Shown here in pieces: positions 39,019 through 49,323 of a DNA stretch of 64,000 nt. The position numbers and the translations under genes are program-made. The notes under the pieces were generated by a model. The model worked only from the letters and a program-made list of their open reading frames with translations, had not been told where the DNA came from and did no database searches. The stretch is from a virus. Taxonomy: Duplodnaviria; Caudoviricetes. The stretch lies in IMG/VR virus record IMGVR_UViG_3300042975_000096. The stretch is one strand, 5' to 3'. How positions within the stretch are numbered: position 1 is the stretch's first letter; each line of letters starts with the position of its first letter.

Positions 39019-39873
39019 TTATTTGTCTGCCAACATTGCAGCAATAATACGGTTAACGTGTTTTACAGAAGCTTCTTTCTTATCTTCCTTTGCTTCTTTA
39101 GATTCGTCTATTTCATCAGCCTCATCTGTTTCTTCATCCAATGGAGCTTCGTCAACGTCCTCAAACGTAAACGTATCTTCCTCTGGAGCTTCATCTTCGG
39201 CAACTTCGTCAGCTTCCTCAACTTCATCTTCTGCAACTTCATCAGCAGGAGTCTCTGTTTCAGTTTCTTCAACCACAGGAGCATCCTCAACAGCTTCATC
39301 CTCAACAACAACTGGAGTTTCTTCATCAACCTCAACAGTCTCTTCAACAGCCGGTGCTTCTGGAGCAACAACCTCTGTAGCACTATCCATCAATGCTGGA
39401 TTCTGATAACGAGCATCCGGTGTCGTGCAATGGTCTACTGCATCTTCTTTTGCGATTTCCTGAGAAGTTTCAGCTTCAGCCTGTTGGAAATCTGGAATTT
39501 CAGACGTTTCACGAACGTTATAATCATAGACATCACCTGGGTCAGTCATTGCACGTTCTGCTGGGTCTGTAACTTTCTTCGTATCAATCCCTGCAATCTT
39601 CTCCATAACAACGCCCAATCCCTTTTTTGTGTTGTCTTTATAAGAAGCATCTACAACTTTCCACTTAAAATTCTTATATTTTACAGTATTACCTTCTACT
39701 GCTTTCGGGAGCATAGCCTTATCAATAATGGCAATATCTGCCTTTTCAATGCTTGCAACCGTAGTCTTTTTAACAGAAGCCTTTACCGTCTTAACATTTG
39801 CGTTTTTCTTAGAATCAATCTTTGCTTTTCGAGATTCAACAAAGCTATCCAACCATGACATTTTCTTTTCCAT
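39019..39873 (-). CDS. Highly acidic protein with basic N-terminus (scaffold/internal head protein-like)
   Basis: E/D/A/V-rich disordered C-half (ADEVAEDE twice); basic KxVKAS motifs in the N-half. Confidence 0.55.
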   Translation of the reverse strand: MEKKMSWLDSFVESRKAKIDSKKNANVKTVKASVKKTTVASIEKADIAIIDKAMLPKAVEGNTVKYKNFKWKVVDASYKDNTKKGLGVVMEKIAGIDTKKVTDPAERAMTDPGDVYDYNVRETSEIPDFQQAEAETSQEIAKEDAVDHCTTPDARYQNPALMDSATEVVAPEAPAVEETVEVDEETPVVVEDEAVEDAPVVEETETETPADEVAEDEVEEADEVAEDEAPEEDTFTFEDVDEAPLDEETDEADEIDESKEAKEDKKEASVKHVNRIIAAMLADK

Positions 39874-39900
39874 TTATATTACACATCCTTAAAAATTTTC

Positions 39901-40458
39901 TTAATTCTTCTTTGGTCTACCTGCTTTTTTTGCAGTATTTTTATTATTTTTAACTGATTCTTTAGAAATCTTGGTTTCTTTTTTATCAGCTTTAACAACC
40001 ACTTTATCTGTCTTTGTTTCTACCTTTTTGCTATCATCTGATTTATGTTCAGACTCTAAAGCAACCGTATTAAGCTTCTTCTGTTCTTCTTTTTTGCTTG
40101 TTTCAGAAGCCCCATCAGCCTTAACAACCGTATCATCTTTTTTTACTTCCGCTTTTTTATTTGCTTGTGCAGAAGTATATTTAGAAGAATCAGTAGCATT
40201 TACAACAGTTTCAGTATTTTTCTTTGCTTTTGGCAATTCAACAACACCATTCTTCGGTTTAATAGAAGTTTTAGTTTCTTTATGCTGTTTTGCCTCACAT
40301 TTAGAATGATGCAAATAATCACCTAAAAAGATTTTAATATCTTCTGAACTCTCAAATTCTTCATCTGAAAAAATTTTAGAATCCTTATCTGGAGTAAATT
40401 CTGTATTCAAATCTTTTACAAAGACATTGTAATTACCTGCTAATTTAACCTTATACAA
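39901..40458 (-). CDS. Lys-rich low-complexity protein ending in AT-hook-like KKAGRPKK
   Basis: TTG start; GRP core at C-terminus. Confidence 0.55.
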   Translation of the reverse strand: MYKVKLAGNYNVFVKDLNTEFTPDKDSKIFSDEEFESSEDIKIFLGDYLHHSKCEAKQHKETKTSIKPKNGVVELPKAKKNTETVVNATDSSKYTSAQANKKAEVKKDDTVVKADGASETSKKEEQKKLNTVALESEHKSDDSKKVETKTDKVVVKADKKETKISKESVKNNKNTAKKAGRPKKN

Positions 40459-40543
40459 GTATCATCAGTCCTTTACATTTTTAATTTATTCATCTATTTA
40501 GAAAATACATATTATTATAAAAAATATAACTCAAATAAAAAAA

Positions 40544-40972
40544 TTACAATGAATACTCAATAGTCGGAATCCCTTTTTCTTTTGCCATTGATAATTCTTT
40601 TATGCTCTGTTTTCCCCCACCAATTTTTATAAACAAATCTAACATACTTATAAATTCTTTACTTTCATCACCAAAGTTTTTACCATATGCATATATAATA
40701 TCACAAGGATACAATTCATATTCATATCCTTCTTTAGCCATAACACCAACTAAATTAAATCTTTTCCCCAATCTAATATTTTCCTCATTAGCCTTATCAT
40801 ATACCATTTTAGGGATTCCCAAATTTGTTGCTCCTGTAATAATATTTACCAACTCAGAAGTATTACAGAATTCATTCTCAATTTTATCAAATACTGCATC
40901 AATCAATTTTTGTGCATATTTTTTATCAAACTTAGAATCTGAATAACCAACAAAACCTATATTAACAGCCAT
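40544..40972 (-). CDS. SLOG-superfamily (DprA/LOG-like) protein
   Basis: IGFVGYS, IITGATNLGIP..Y, FIKIGGGKQSIKE...AKEKGIP. Confidence 0.7.
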   Translation of the reverse strand: MAVNIGFVGYSDSKFDKKYAQKLIDAVFDKIENEFCNTSELVNIITGATNLGIPKMVYDKANEENIRLGKRFNLVGVMAKEGYEYELYPCDIIYAYGKNFGDESKEFISMLDLFIKIGGGKQSIKELSMAKEKGIPTIEYSL

Positions 40973-40993
40973 TTTAATATTCCACCTTTCAAT

Positions 40994-41926
40994 TTACGAT
41001 TGTTCCGATACAGTATTTCTTTCCCAAAAAACACCATTAACGAACCCCTGAATTGAATCATCATTATTTGCCATATCTAATCTCTGTTCAGCCCACACAC
41101 AAAACTGTTCATCCATTTCAATGCCAATATAATTTCTCTTTAGTTTTTTTGCAACAACCGACGTTGTTCCACTACCCAAAAATGGGTCAAATACAACATC
41201 ATTCTCATTTGAAGATGCCAATATCATCTTAGCAATCAATTTCTCCGATTTTTGTGTTGGGTGTGCTGTGTTTTCTGCCATAGACCAAAATGGAATTGTA
41301 ATATCATCCCAAAAATTAGAAGGACATGTATCTCTGAAATTACCTTTCTTACCTTCTACCCAATCTTTAGGTATGCCATCTACTTTATATGGTGCAATTA
41401 CCTTTTTACGAATCTTAACCGCATCCAAATTAAAAGTGTATTCATCGCTTTTCGTACAAAACCAAACATCTTCTAATGAATTTTTCCAATTTGCTTTTGC
41501 TCCACGACCCTTTTCTCTTTGCCATGTAATTCTACTTCTTACATCAAAAAACTCTCTTAATACATTGCCAATAACTAAAGAGGATTTCCAATCACAACAA
41601 ACATAAATAGACCCATCATTTTTCAATAATGGATATACTGCTTCAATCCACTTTCTTGTATAATTTTTATAATCCTCATCATCTTCTTTATGAAAAGTCA
41701 TTTTATTGAATTTCTTTGTTAAATTATAAGGAGGGTCAACAATCATCAAATCAACACTATTATTTGGCAACTTTGAACAAACGTCAAAAGTATCGCCTAA
41801 AATTGTTTTATTCAATACATTATTCAAATCATTCTGATTTTTTTCAACAGAAATGGTTCTATCTAAGAATTTTTGTCCATCTTCTATTGAAGTTTTTATT
41901 GTTTTATTTCTTGAATCATCACTCAT
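40994..41926 (-). CDS. Orphan N4C/N6A DNA methyltransferase (beta class)
   Basis: DPPY motif IV precedes HPTQK and VFDPFLGSGTT motif I. Confidence 0.92.
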   Translation of the reverse strand: MSDDSRNKTIKTSIEDGQKFLDRTISVEKNQNDLNNVLNKTILGDTFDVCSKLPNNSVDLMIVDPPYNLTKKFNKMTFHKEDDEDYKNYTRKWIEAVYPLLKNDGSIYVCCDWKSSLVIGNVLREFFDVRSRITWQREKGRGAKANWKNSLEDVWFCTKSDEYTFNLDAVKIRKKVIAPYKVDGIPKDWVEGKKGNFRDTCPSNFWDDITIPFWSMAENTAHPTQKSEKLIAKMILASSNENDVVFDPFLGSGTTSVVAKKLKRNYIGIEMDEQFCVWAEQRLDMANNDDSIQGFVNGVFWERNTVSEQS

Positions 41927-41960
41927 TTTTATACTCCAACCTTTTTTATTTAAAATAAAT

Positions 41961-41984
41961 ATAGGGCATAAACCATCGCCCTAT
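41961..41984. promoter_or_regulatory. Short hairpin in the 5' leader of the MTase gene
   Basis: ATAGGGC/GCCCTAT inverted repeat. Confidence 0.3.
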
Positions 41985-42070
41985 ATAAATATTATATTAC
42001 TTTGATTAAAAAATTTATCATACTTTTCAATATTTTTTCGACATTTTGTTTTTTCATCATCTTATATATA

Positions 42071-42108
42071 TTAAAAAACCAACTCTTTTATTTGAGCTGG
42101 TTTTTTAA
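42071..42108 (-). terminator. Intrinsic terminator
   Basis: Minus strand AAAAAACCAGCTC..GAGTTGGTTTTTT. Confidence 0.75.
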
Positions 42109-42115
42109 ATCACAA

Positions 42116-42496
42116 TTAAATATCCTCACTAGAATAATACTTGTATATCTTTAGATTCTTAATTGAATAATCAACCCCATCAACTTTATCAGATATTGAT
42201 GTTAAATCGTTTTTCAAATCGTCAACTGAAGTATTAATATTGTTCGTTATGATAACGCTGTCATTAACTCTATTCAATATTCTAGTCTGCTCTTGTTGTA
42301 TGCGATTCAAATCTCTTATTAATGATTGATTCGTATTTTCCTGTGAATTTATCTCTTGTAACAACTTAACAACAGCTTCTAAACAATAAGATGTTTTTTC
42401 ATAAGTTTTATTGATTTTATCCTCTAAAGAATCCATCCTATCATTTATTTGTTCAAAATATTCTTCTTGTATCTTATCCAACTGTTGTTCTTCCAT
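42116..42496 (-). CDS. Coiled-coil hypothetical protein
   Basis: Heptad pattern throughout. Confidence 0.6.
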   Translation of the reverse strand: MEEQQLDKIQEEYFEQINDRMDSLEDKINKTYEKTSYCLEAVVKLLQEINSQENTNQSLIRDLNRIQQEQTRILNRVNDSVIITNNINTSVDDLKNDLTSISDKVDGVDYSIKNLKIYKYYSSEDI

Positions 42497-42498
42497 TA

Positions 42499-42720
42499 TT
42501 ACATTACCTCAGAAGATGTATAACTAATGTTATATTCTCCCTTAGAATTGATTTTAACCGTTGCCTTTTTTCCTGCTCCATCATCAGCAGTCACCTTCTG
42601 CAAATTGTGCAAAATAAGGAAATTCATCATATCGCCTTTTGCAAACTGTTCCCATGTTGCATTAGACATAACCCCATTATCAATTTTTTGCTCACTGATT
42701 GACATGTTTTCTTCTGACAT
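42499..42720 (-). CDS. Small hypothetical protein
   Basis: ORF with GAGTG RBS, coupled to next gene. Confidence 0.6.
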   Translation of the reverse strand: MSEENMSISEQKIDNGVMSNATWEQFAKGDMMNFLILHNLQKVTADDGAGKKATVKINSKGEYNISYTSSEVM

Positions 42721-42801
42721 AATAACACTCTTCTTTCTAAGATTTTTTATTTTTTATGTCTTTATTATATTCAATACGATTTTTTTTATAACAAAATAAA
42801 A

Positions 42802-44610
42802 TTATTTTTTTACAACGCACCAACGCTGAAATAAATTATATTTTATTTCACTATCTTTCATTTTTGAAAAAACTATATCAAATAATTTTCTATCAAAATC
42901 AGAATACAACATAATATATTTATATCCAGCCCATATTGAATACGCTTTTTTATCATTCATTAAACTCAATAAAACTTCTTTATCATCTGTGCTTAACAAT
43001 TTAGTCATTTTAGAAGGAAAATTAAAAAAATCTTCGCTAGAAACCTTAATTAGCCCCAAATTTTTCTTTTCTTCTTGTGTTGATTCTTCATCTATTTTTT
43101 TAACAACATCCATCAACCTATTAACAAAAATAGGCTCTTTTATTTCCAAATTATTATCAATGATATATTTAACAACACTTTTTTGAAGAATGCCAGTTAG
43201 CTCATCATAATTATGCTGTTTTAATAACTCTCTGCATTTTGTTCCACTAATACTTTTAATTCCTTTTGTCATTTTTTTTCTAGGAATACATATAACATTT
43301 ATTCCTCTTTGATTAAATAAATATTTGGCTTGTGTTATATGTTGCCGTGTAATGTTATCATCTGTTTCAATACCACAAATAAAATGGTCAATATTCATCT
43401 TGTTAAATCCTTGCCTAACGACATCCAATAATTTATAGGTATTCAATCCAACAAAATTTTTACTATGTCTTAACATTAAATCATTATATTCAGGCCAAAA
43501 AGTTTGATAAGAAAACATCTCTGGCATATCAACAACAATTACATTTTCCAAATCATTAACACCAATTCTAACAAGGTTTGAACAATCCTCTTTATCAAAA
43601 ATTAAATTCATTCCTTCTTGCATAAGAAATACAACAAAAACATCGAACATTCTTGCCCCTGTTTCAACTAAATATCTATGTCCAACTGTAAATGGATTAC
43701 AACTCATAACCGAAGCACCAATTGTTGTTGTAGAGTCAACGACAATATTTTTCTTCTTTAATTCGTTTTTATATTCACTTATTAAAGAGTTTACATTATA
43801 ATCAACCACTGAAAATGACCGCTCAAATAAATAATGTAATTTATCGAAAATAATCTTTGCAATATTTTTATGACAATATGCCGTATAATGCGCAGCATCG
43901 ACAAAATTTTCTTTTTCATGTTTTCTTAAAAAATAATCTTTTGTTTTTATTACAGGAAACAAATCAATTAATTCTCCTAAAATACACGGCGCACATCCAA
44001 TAATTACAATATCTCCTTCTTTTATTGAAAAATTAATAATTCTATTATACATATTTATTAATGTTTCATTGTTTGTCGCGCAATTATATATTGAATAATT
44101 TTTTAAATTAAAGTTTCTCAAATAAGATGATATTGTTTCATTATCATTTACATAATATCCAAACATTGTAGAATTTCCAAAAAACAAAACGTTATTTCGC
44201 TTATCTATTTCGCCCTCTTTTCTAACCCCTTCACAAACATTTATTGAATTTGAACTATAATCATCAAAACAAAAATATTCATTATTTTGAACTAAAGATG
44301 GATTGGCTACAGAAATTTCTTTTACATATGAATCATCATAATCAATAAAACAATTTTTATAAATATCTTTATTTTTGTTTACGATATCATAAAAATATTT
44401 TTTTCTAAACTTATCAAAAAATACCTCATATTCTAAATTTTTTTTATCATATGTTTTATAAACAGTATCCGTACATATTTTTTCAACATAATTTTCAAAT
44501 TCATTTTTTCTTTCTAAGTCCTTAACCAATGGTATTTCCAACAAATACATATTTGCACCACGATGAACAACAAAATCATATATATCACTTATTATTTGCA
44601 AATTTTCCAT
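42802..44610 (-). CDS. SGNH/GDSL-like domain fused to CitC (citrate lyase ligase)-like HxGH nucleotidyltransferase domain
   Basis: FFGNSTMFG (block I variant) and FVDAAHYT (DxxH); GASVMSCNPFTVGHRYLVE and ISGTKCRELL resemble CitC MNANPFTLGHRYLVE / ISAS.VR. Confidence 0.7.
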   Translation of the reverse strand: MENLQIISDIYDFVVHRGANMYLLEIPLVKDLERKNEFENYVEKICTDTVYKTYDKKNLEYEVFFDKFRKKYFYDIVNKNKDIYKNCFIDYDDSYVKEISVANPSLVQNNEYFCFDDYSSNSINVCEGVRKEGEIDKRNNVLFFGNSTMFGYYVNDNETISSYLRNFNLKNYSIYNCATNNETLINMYNRIINFSIKEGDIVIIGCAPCILGELIDLFPVIKTKDYFLRKHEKENFVDAAHYTAYCHKNIAKIIFDKLHYLFERSFSVVDYNVNSLISEYKNELKKKNIVVDSTTTIGASVMSCNPFTVGHRYLVETGARMFDVFVVFLMQEGMNLIFDKEDCSNLVRIGVNDLENVIVVDMPEMFSYQTFWPEYNDLMLRHSKNFVGLNTYKLLDVVRQGFNKMNIDHFICGIETDDNITRQHITQAKYLFNQRGINVICIPRKKMTKGIKSISGTKCRELLKQHNYDELTGILQKSVVKYIIDNNLEIKEPIFVNRLMDVVKKIDEESTQEEKKNLGLIKVSSEDFFNFPSKMTKLLSTDDKEVLLSLMNDKKAYSIWAGYKYIMLYSDFDRKLFDIVFSKMKDSEIKYNLFQRWCVVKK

Positions 44611-44619
44611 ATTAACCCC

Positions 44620-45900
44620 TCAATCAAAATGCTTCAAAATAGTATTTATAATGTTTCTCTTTTTAACGTCTTTCCATAAAACAGAATCCATATCAACATT
44701 AAAATCATTTTTATTTGTGCTAAAATCATTTTTTACATTAATTATTTTTTCTAATCTATATTTTCCCCAAATATTATGTGTGGTTATTGAAACATTTTTT
44801 AATGCATTGGAATTTACATTTATTGCAAAAGAATTTCCATAATAATATAAATTTCCAGGATTTAAAACACTGTTGTTTAATTTCGACATTAATTTTTTAC
44901 AATCCGCTTCATTTTCTTCTATAACGACCCAATCTTTATAATTGTTTAGATTTATAGTATCATCTGCTTGTATTTTATCAAAATTTTTAGGAAACAATAT
45001 TTTATTGTCATTGCTCATACTTACTTCTGCAACTTTCTTTAATTGTAATTCTTTTTGTTCATCCCATAATTGGTTGTTTTTTTCATAATCTTCTTTTGTA
45101 ATTATCTTATAATCACCATTTTTTATTTTTTTACTATTCGGTAATTTATTTTTAATACTTTCAGTAATATAATCAAACTTTTGATTATCATCCAACATTG
45201 GCAATCCCAATCTAGCACCACAAATTTTACACCAGTGTTTTTGGTCAGAATAATCTACTCGCTTCCACCAATCAGGTTTTACATCCCAACCACCTGGACC
45301 ATCAAACAACAAGTCTAATGCTCCTGCCATCTCACAAAAAAATGCACCTTTTGGCGTTATCGAAGCTCCACAATTATTTTGAATCCAACACCTATTTTCT
45401 CTTTTTTCAAATTCTTCATCTGATATCCCTAAATCTTTATAATTAACCAATACTGAAAAATGTTTTGTTTTATTTTTATGGTCATTACATCGCAATGATG
45501 AAAACGTATCACAAATCAATTCCATATTGTCATAAAAATTATTTGTTTCAGCAGTTGTATATAATCGCAATTTTCCATGATTATAAGGCATATAATCCAT
45601 AGCATATTTATTTACATCACAAACAGGTTCAGTAAACATTTTATTTGTTGCCGTTCCGAATTTATCATGTAAATATTGAACCATTTTTGCAAAATCAGGA
45701 TGTAACAATGGTTCTCCACCAATTATTCCAATTTGTCCATTCCAACCATCTAGCGAATCAATTGCATTTTTAAAAAACTCAAAATCCATAAAGTATGGGT
45801 TTTGATAATGTCCACAAAATCTCATACAATTTGAACAAGAATTAATACACTTATTCGTAATATCTATTAATATCGTTGGTTTATCAGCTATCTTCTTCAA
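44620..45900 (-). CDS. Radical SAM protein
   Basis: CINSCSNC (CxxxCxxC), GGEPLLHP, further Cys CWIQ..FFCE..CKIC. Confidence 0.9.
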   Translation of the reverse strand: MKKIADKPTILIDITNKCINSCSNCMRFCGHYQNPYFMDFEFFKNAIDSLDGWNGQIGIIGGEPLLHPDFAKMVQYLHDKFGTATNKMFTEPVCDVNKYAMDYMPYNHGKLRLYTTAETNNFYDNMELICDTFSSLRCNDHKNKTKHFSVLVNYKDLGISDEEFEKRENRCWIQNNCGASITPKGAFFCEMAGALDLLFDGPGGWDVKPDWWKRVDYSDQKHWCKICGARLGLPMLDDNQKFDYITESIKNKLPNSKKIKNGDYKIITKEDYEKNNQLWDEQKELQLKKVAEVSMSNDNKILFPKNFDKIQADDTINLNNYKDWVVIEENEADCKKLMSKLNNSVLNPGNLYYYGNSFAINVNSNALKNVSITTHNIWGKYRLEKIINVKNDFSTNKNDFNVDMDSVLWKDVKKRNIINTILKHFD

Positions 45901-46732
45901 GTTCCCACTCCTTTCTATCTTTACAACTTATACCCCAATCAACAATTGTTTTTTTGTTGCAATATTTACAAAAATTAATACTTTTCCTATTATTCATTTT
46001 TATTATTTCATCAATGCTATCTATCTCAAAAATATTAATAAAATCATCATTTTTTTTAACAGCATAATTTTCATTAAAAAAAGAATTGAACTTATCAATA
46101 TTAGCAGGAATAATACAAGAATAAAAATCACCATTCATATTTAATTGACAGCAAGGCATTACATTAAAAAACTCATACATGTTTTCGTCAACATTTTCTT
46201 TTATTTTGTTCAAATCACTATTTCTATTATTACAAATAATATCATTATCATTTGTTTTTCCCAAATTAACCCTATAAAAATGTTTACCTTCATAATAATT
46301 TGTAACCGATAATTCTACATTATAGGTTTTAAGCTCATCATAAAAATCATTTGACTTTTCAATTGTCCCGTTTGTTATCAATTTCACCACAATATCTGGA
46401 AAAATTTCTCTCGTTTTTCTCACATAACTCATTACATCAGGATGCAACAATGGTTCTCCACCCATCAAACTGATACCATAAAACGGTTTGTTTTTTAGTA
46501 TTTGTTTTAACCTTCGCAACAACCTGGTAAAATCTTCTATATTAGCAAACCACTCATCCGCTAATGGAGCAAAATGGTCACATCCCTTACAGTTCAAATT
46601 ACAATGATTTGTAATATGAATATCAACAGTTCCTAATCCATTTTTAACATAATTAAGTTCTTCAATATATTCTTGTATGTTTTTTTTATTGTTTTCTTTT
46701 AGTAATTTTATCAAACCATCAACCCATTTCAC
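45884..46732 (-). CDS. Radical SAM protein (paralog of 48559..49323)
   Basis: HITNHCNLNCKGCDHF, MGGEPLLHP, TNG, C-terminal FCKYC. Confidence 0.92.
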   Translation of the reverse strand: MKWVDGLIKLLKENNKKNIQEYIEELNYVKNGLGTVDIHITNHCNLNCKGCDHFAPLADEWFANIEDFTRLLRRLKQILKNKPFYGISLMGGEPLLHPDVMSYVRKTREIFPDIVVKLITNGTIEKSNDFYDELKTYNVELSVTNYYEGKHFYRVNLGKTNDNDIICNNRNSDLNKIKENVDENMYEFFNVMPCCQLNMNGDFYSCIIPANIDKFNSFFNENYAVKKNDDFINIFEIDSIDEIIKMNNRKSINFCKYCNKKTIVDWGISCKDRKEWELEEDS

Positions 46733-47580
46733 CTTAATAACTTCAACACCAAATCATCTTTGTGAAAACATAATTTATTAATCACATCTTGTTTTGTGAA
46801 TTTTATTTCTTGCGTGACATTATCATCAAAATCAAACAACCTCAAATATTCTGTCAAGCCATCATCTTGTGATTTATTTTCCGAAGAATAATAAACCTTT
46901 TTATTCATATAAACAAACTCAAAAATTAACTTGCCAATATTTTCAGAATATATTGAATCAACAACGTTTCTCCATCGTTGATATTTTAATGTATTTTTCA
47001 ACATACTATTAAACTTTATTTCATCTGTATCTTCCGCATTTCTCTCTAGCTCATCAAACACACCATTTTTTTTATCCAACGAATCCAAATAATTTAATCT
47101 TTCTAATGAAAACTTATGATAATACACATAGTAATTGTTAGTATAAAATTTTTCATTACATGGATTTCCTAAAATTTTTATATTTGGTATATTTTGCACA
47201 TACTTGTTTTTTTTATTGTTATTCATTATGTAATCATAAAACATTAACCCAGAATCAAGCATAATTAAATTATCATACCTAAAATCAAACGTAGATAGAT
47301 ACTTCATGATGGCAAATGAAACAATTAAATTCTCTGATTTATGATTATTTATCCATTCATTTAATTTTCCAATATTACAAAATTCATAATTCATTCCTGC
47401 TATTGGTATTGATTTATTTATCGTATTAATATATTTCATATTGTTTTTCATATCTGCACAATCAACAAATATATAACATTTTATATTGCAACCATATTTT
47501 TTTAAATTAAAATACATATCAAATAACGAAGTCGTTATCCCGTTCATTTGTGGATAATAAAAGACTATATCAACATTCAT
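46729..47580 (-). CDS. Unknown protein, paralog of 50917..51789 (possibly divergent glycosyltransferase-like)
   Basis: Shared motifs NG..TS..D...NL, KFS.ER, ENIGK..FEF, DGLTE(F/Y)L. Confidence 0.6.
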   Translation of the reverse strand: MNVDIVFYYPQMNGITTSLFDMYFNLKKYGCNIKCYIFVDCADMKNNMKYINTINKSIPIAGMNYEFCNIGKLNEWINNHKSENLIVSFAIMKYLSTFDFRYDNLIMLDSGLMFYDYIMNNNKKNKYVQNIPNIKILGNPCNEKFYTNNYYVYYHKFSLERLNYLDSLDKKNGVFDELERNAEDTDEIKFNSMLKNTLKYQRWRNVVDSIYSENIGKLIFEFVYMNKKVYYSSENKSQDDGLTEYLRLFDFDDNVTQEIKFTKQDVINKLCFHKDDLVLKLLR

Positions 47581-47587
47581 TGTTTAA

Positions 47588-48571
47588 TTACCTCGATTTC
47601 AATATATTCTTCAGCGACTCTATACTTTTTGTAGCGAATGCAACATTACCATGTATTTCGCAATAAGGCTCTTTTTTTAATTGCTTAAATAAATCATTTA
47701 CTGATTCTCTATAAAAATCATTTATAATTATAATGTAATCATAACTATCATGAAATTTTTTCAACAATTCCATCTTTGAATAACGTTGTTTACATATATC
47801 AAAATCAATAAAATCTATAATATCAAAATAGCCATTGCTAATTTCCTCACTGTTCTCATAAACAACTAAGCAATGTCCTTTATATAATTGTTTGAATTCA
47901 TTATATAATTTTTTCATATATATTAATGAGTTAACTTGATTCATTACTCTTTTTAAATTTTTTCTTACATAGAAATAAGCGATTGGCTCATTACAAAAAG
48001 AATAATGTTTGCAATTTGACACATACCTAAATATTATTTCATCGTCAGCCATACGCAAATAAGAACAATCCCACTCACCATATTTTTCAAAACAGTTTCT
48101 ACTATGCGCAAAAGAGCACGTATCAACCTGATTAGAAACAAATATATTCGTTTTTGAACAATCAAGCCCTTTTAACTCTTTATTTCCTTCATCATCAACT
48201 ATAAAATATTTTGTAGTAACAACTTCTGTATTATCATTGATAACCTTTAATAAATTTTCACAGCATTTTTTATCTGTCTCATCATCATCATCAGGATATA
48301 AAATCCAATCCCCAGTAGAATGAATAACCCCATAATTTCTTGCATAACAATGACCTTTGTTTTCTTTCAATCGAAACATTTTTATATTATCCATACCTAG
48401 CGCATCAATAAATTGCTTCTTTTTTTTATATTCTTCAATCAATGAACAATCATCAACAATAATTAATTCCCAATTAGCATATGTTTGATTGACAACAGCC
48501 AAAACTGCTTTAGGAAAATAACAACTTCTATTATATGTTGGCATAATGAATGAGAATTTTATTCCATCCAT
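47588..48571 (-). CDS. Glycosyltransferase family 2
   Basis: FSFIMPTYNR, QTYANWELIIVDDCS, ARNYG, YPDDDD. Confidence 0.92.
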   Translation of the reverse strand: MDGIKFSFIMPTYNRSCYFPKAVLAVVNQTYANWELIIVDDCSLIEEYKKKKQFIDALGMDNIKMFRLKENKGHCYARNYGVIHSTGDWILYPDDDDETDKKCCENLLKVINDNTEVVTTKYFIVDDEGNKELKGLDCSKTNIFVSNQVDTCSFAHSRNCFEKYGEWDCSYLRMADDEIIFRYVSNCKHYSFCNEPIAYFYVRKNLKRVMNQVNSLIYMKKLYNEFKQLYKGHCLVVYENSEEISNGYFDIIDFIDFDICKQRYSKMELLKKFHDSYDYIIIINDFYRESVNDLFKQLKKEPYCEIHGNVAFATKSIESLKNILKSR

Positions 48572-49323
48572 TCTTCTTTACTCCTTTTTGATTGTTCCCA
48601 TTCTATGTCTTCAATAGGTTTTCTACAATACTTACAAAAATCATTTTTATTACGATAAAACTTATCAATAACCTCATCTGTCACATTATCATCATAAATA
48701 TCTAGAATATCTTCTTTTTTAACCTGATATGTTTCATTAAAATACTTATTAAAAATATCAATATACGCCTGTATTGGACATAAATACAATTTGCCATCTT
48801 TCAATTGCATTGATTTCCAATGAATCATACAACAATCAAAATCTGTTTGTTTCGCTTCATGTGTTAAAATATGTTTTCTTAATATTTTTGTTTTTTCATA
48901 TTGATTAAAATTTTTTGTTCTAACCCCAACGCTATTCAATAGTGCAAATAACTTCTCATAATTAACATTAATTGGATACCTTGTCATTTCTACCAAAACA
49001 TCATACTCTATTAAACTGTTTATCATTTCTCCCATTCTCTGTTTTAACAAACTACCATTACTTAATACACTCATCTTTGTATTTGGCATAATTTCATGAA
49101 TTGCTTTAAAAAATTCACAAACATTCGGATGAAGTAATGGTTCACCACCAAACAATCTAATATTATCTACAATTATTTTCGTGCCTAATTGTTTCAAATC
49201 TTTTTTAAATTCCTCAACATCAGCAAACCACGGTTCAGATAATGGCGAAAAATGCGCACATCCTTTACAGTTCACATTACAATGATTTGTAATGTGATAT
49301 TCAATCATTCTTACATGTTTCAT
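48559..49323 (-). CDS. Radical SAM protein
   Basis: HITNHCNVNCKGCAHF, FGGEPLLHP, SNG, C-terminal FCKYC. Confidence 0.92.
   Translation of the reverse strand: MKHVRMIEYHITNHCNVNCKGCAHFSPLSEPWFADVEEFKKDLKQLGTKIIVDNIRLFGGEPLLHPNVCEFFKAIHEIMPNTKMSVLSNGSLLKQRMGEMINSLIEYDVLVEMTRYPINVNYEKLFALLNSVGVRTKNFNQYEKTKILRKHILTHEAKQTDFDCCMIHWKSMQLKDGKLYLCPIQAYIDIFNKYFNETYQVKKEDILDIYDDNVTDEVIDKFYRNKNDFCKYCRKPIEDIEWEQSKRSKEEWME

Noticed and set aside
42802-44610. Calling this gene citC (citrate fermentation auxiliary metabolic gene)
   Set aside because: Only the C-terminal nucleotidyltransferase-like part matches, the N-terminal GNAT-like part is replaced by SGNH, and no citDEF genes are present.
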